A stretch of DNA of 62,308 bases, counting the filler, from Piptocephalis cylindrospora (taxonomy: Eukaryota): the NCBI GenBank assembly GCA_003614145.1. It is 4 parts of 4 records of this genome, joined end to end, with 100 filler letters (N's around TTAATTAATTAA, not from the genome) between each part and the next. Parts side by side here need not be neighbours in the genome. Positions count along the whole stretch, not along the records: positions 46,822 to 62,308 come from KZ987896.1; 3 more parts are not named here. One strand, written 5' to 3'. The translations under genes were made by a program, and so were the position numbers. The notes under the pieces were generated by a model. The model did not search any database and had not been told where the DNA came from. It saw only the letters and a list, made by a program, of their open reading frames with translations. Below are positions 59,901 to 62,308 of this stretch, piece by piece; within the stretch, counting starts at the first letter, position 1; each line of letters opens with the position of its first letter.

Positions 59901-61246
59901 GAGTGTGGTGGGAGGTGCATCTGGAGTTCCACAGCGCCCTCAAGACCCGTCACATCTACCGCAACGCTCCATCCTCCTGGCCAGGTGGTGAAGGTCTCGT
60001 CTCCGTAAATGGCCTCTAAGGTAGCCTTCTCCTCCTCCCGTAAATCCTGAATCTCCTGTGATTGGGATATCTCCTCAAGGGTTGCCGAGGGAGTTGAATC
60101 TGCGGATGGTCCCGAAGGTGGGAGGAGCCGAGTGCATAGCTGAAGAAGGGCATTCCCCTCGTGATCTCCGGTGGCCTGGAGTGCCTCATCACACGCCTTT
60201 CGGGAAAATCCAAGGTGGGATAAACGGCCAACCGCCTTTTCTCTGGCCAAAGACTCGGGTGTATGCTTGGTCGCCGTAAGGGTAGACCTGTACTCTTTCC
60301 TCCAAAATTGTCTGGGAAGGTCTGGTACAGATGAGGGGACAATGGTTAAAAATACGAGAGCTGGTCTCCACCACCCACCTTATTCTCAGGAAAGCTTACC
60401 ATCCTCGGGTACATGAACGCAAAGCCAATTTAAGGCACGATCCTCGGTTGAAGTGTACTTTAAAGCTTCTTCCACATGTTGATCTCGGAAGCCCTGTTGA
60501 GCCAGAGACTTTATAATCGCTGAGGAATTAACCTTCATACCCCCTTCCTTTGGGAGTCTGGAAGGGCGAAGCGACATTTCCTGGGTCGCCTGCTTAATTA
60601 CCCTTTCTGCCTCATCTCGCATTTCCTGGGACATCTTGACTTCAGGCAGGGATTTGACCCAATCCGTGGGACCTGACGCATCCTTTCGGGATGCCTCTTC
60701 CACTCTCCTCGCTCTCCCAGCCTCCCTCTCTGCCCTTTCGCGTTCTCGGGTGGCCTTTTCCGCAAAAGGGTCCGCCTTGTACTTCCACGTCCCGGCGTCG
60801 GCTTCCTGCAAGCGAATCTCCTCAAAGGACCTCCAAAGTTCCCGGTGTTCTGGAGGCAGGGCCCGTTGTAGGGAGAGGTTGCAGGCCACACGATGCAAAG
60901 CATACGTAGCCCCCGCGTGTTTGGCCAGGGCGGCGGTGGGCTGGACGATCAAGTCAGGTGGTTCAAAGTGGACGCGTTCTAGCTTGGAAGAGTTTTTTAG
61001 GTCCTTCCTCGATAGGGACACCGCCGTGACAAAGCCAGCTTTGATCTGTCGGGAAAAGTACTCAGGTCGATTCCACTTATTCTTCTGGCAGAACTCGGAC
61101 AGGAGCGTGGCCGGGACCTTGCCCGTCCAGTTAGGAAAGAGAGTCTTTGGCTTGGTGATTGGGGCAGCTGCAGTTTCAGGAGCATTGCCTTTGCCACCAA
61201 TGTCCGATTTCTTGCCCTTTCCACCTGTATTCTTGGGAGGGGACAT
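56934..61246 (-). CDS. DExH-box RNA helicase DHX57/Ucp12/YLR419W-like with UBA-like and RWD domains; exons 61246-60400, 60321-58660, 58597-57762, 57676-57130, 57064-56934
   Basis: WTGKVPATLLSEFCQK, LNWLCVHVPEDDLP, RWD-like YPYSLP, GETGCGKTTQ, TQPRRLSA, DEVHER, MSAT, QRQGRAGR, HPSS. Introns are GT-AG. Confidence 0.9.
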
Positions 61247-62308
61247 GAAGAATAAGTATCGTAGGGTACTTTTAAAGGATGATGAAAACAAAAGGCCTGG
61301 CACTGGGGAAAGGGACGTTACCAGAATCATTGGATTTTATGAGCTATGGGAGATGTGCCAACACAGCATGTGTCATCTGTGAGAGGCAATGGGCGGGCTT
61401 GAGGACATTATGCTTGCATTAGTGGATGAGCTGGTAACAGGGGATCCTAGATGAATGCTTGGATAATCTACCACACTCACCTTTATTATCATATTATTAT
61501 TATTAAAATCTAGGTTATTTATCGGATTCGATCGTTTGTACATTTGATCGAGATGGCCATTGATCACGTTCTTGCATTAAAAACACTGAGGGACTAAACC
61601 TAAGAAAAAATAACTAAATCAGATCACACTTAAATAAGGTAGCGGCTATTTTGGGAAGGTAGGGGGAAGGCATTGATGCCGTAGGATGGGATGAGGCTGT
61701 CCGATCCTTTCTCTCATTTATTCAGCACGCCTTTGCTCTGATCAGACATTTAGGGTCTACTCATGGCAAAAGGACCTAATTTTCCCCGTTGAGAAGGCAA
61801 CAGCCGAATCCCGCAAGCAAACGTATTCCCCATATCAATGCATATAGTCCCCAGCTTATCCCATTGCATGGACTGACCAAAGGAGGCTTATCGATCCAGG
61901 TACTGGCTGGACACTCCGGCACCTCGTCACACACTTTTTCTCCAGAGTGGCAGCGTGGGAAGCAGGCCGTGCAGACTGGTCTAGTAGGACAAAGGGAGGG
62001 TGAGTGAAATGGAAGCTGAATATCCTGCTTAATAATGCGATGCATTCAGAAATTGGGAAAGGAGGCTGGATGAGTCAGGCTCAAGATGACTTGACCAATC
62101 CATGGCCCCTCCACGTGACGACTCCGACCCTCCCAACTCCGACCATGAGTCCCCACCACACTGGTGATGCTGCTTGACGTGGGAGCTTTAAGTACGTTAG
62201 GAAGTAGTGTCTTCCACCCCTGCTAATCTTAGATTTCCGTATCTCTCTTATACTTTTTCTCTCTTTCCCTTTTCCCTCTTCTTTTTTTCCCCCCCCCCCC
62301 TCCCCATT

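Overview
Eukaryotic, fungal-type DNA: compact genes with short (about 55-125 nt) GT-AG introns. The gene content and style suggest an early-diverging fungus, possibly Zoopagomycota (inference, not proven). The window is not one locus. It is four unrelated ~15.5-kb contigs (1-15518, 15619-31123, 31224-46721, 46822-62308) joined by artificial 100-nt spacers (44 N + TTAATTAATTAA + 44 N). Recognisable genes: NUP42/AMO1 3' end, a CRAL-TRIO protein, RRP3, a CAMK-family kinase, a LAMMER kinase, class II eIF4E, an AAC4-like protein, ARG2, a degenerate B-type cyclin, orphan 3' exons of ARPC4, RPL39, NRDE2, a fasciclin membrane protein, FUN30, glycogen synthase and a DHX57-like helicase. The window also holds a full-length decayed Tc1 transposon and two intron-encoded box C/D snoRNAs. 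Most unusual: (i) a >=1879-aa single-pass receptor-like protein with a 71-aa tandem repeat and a non-canonical C-terminal kinase domain; (ii) a secreted CSab-defensin-like domain joined to a CBM19-like chitin-binding module across a G6 frameshift, within a cluster of secreted proteins; (iii) a resilin-like YGxP secreted protein; (iv) one-sided GC-to-AT decay of one Tc1 TIR. All exon coordinates were read by eye and no database searches were run.
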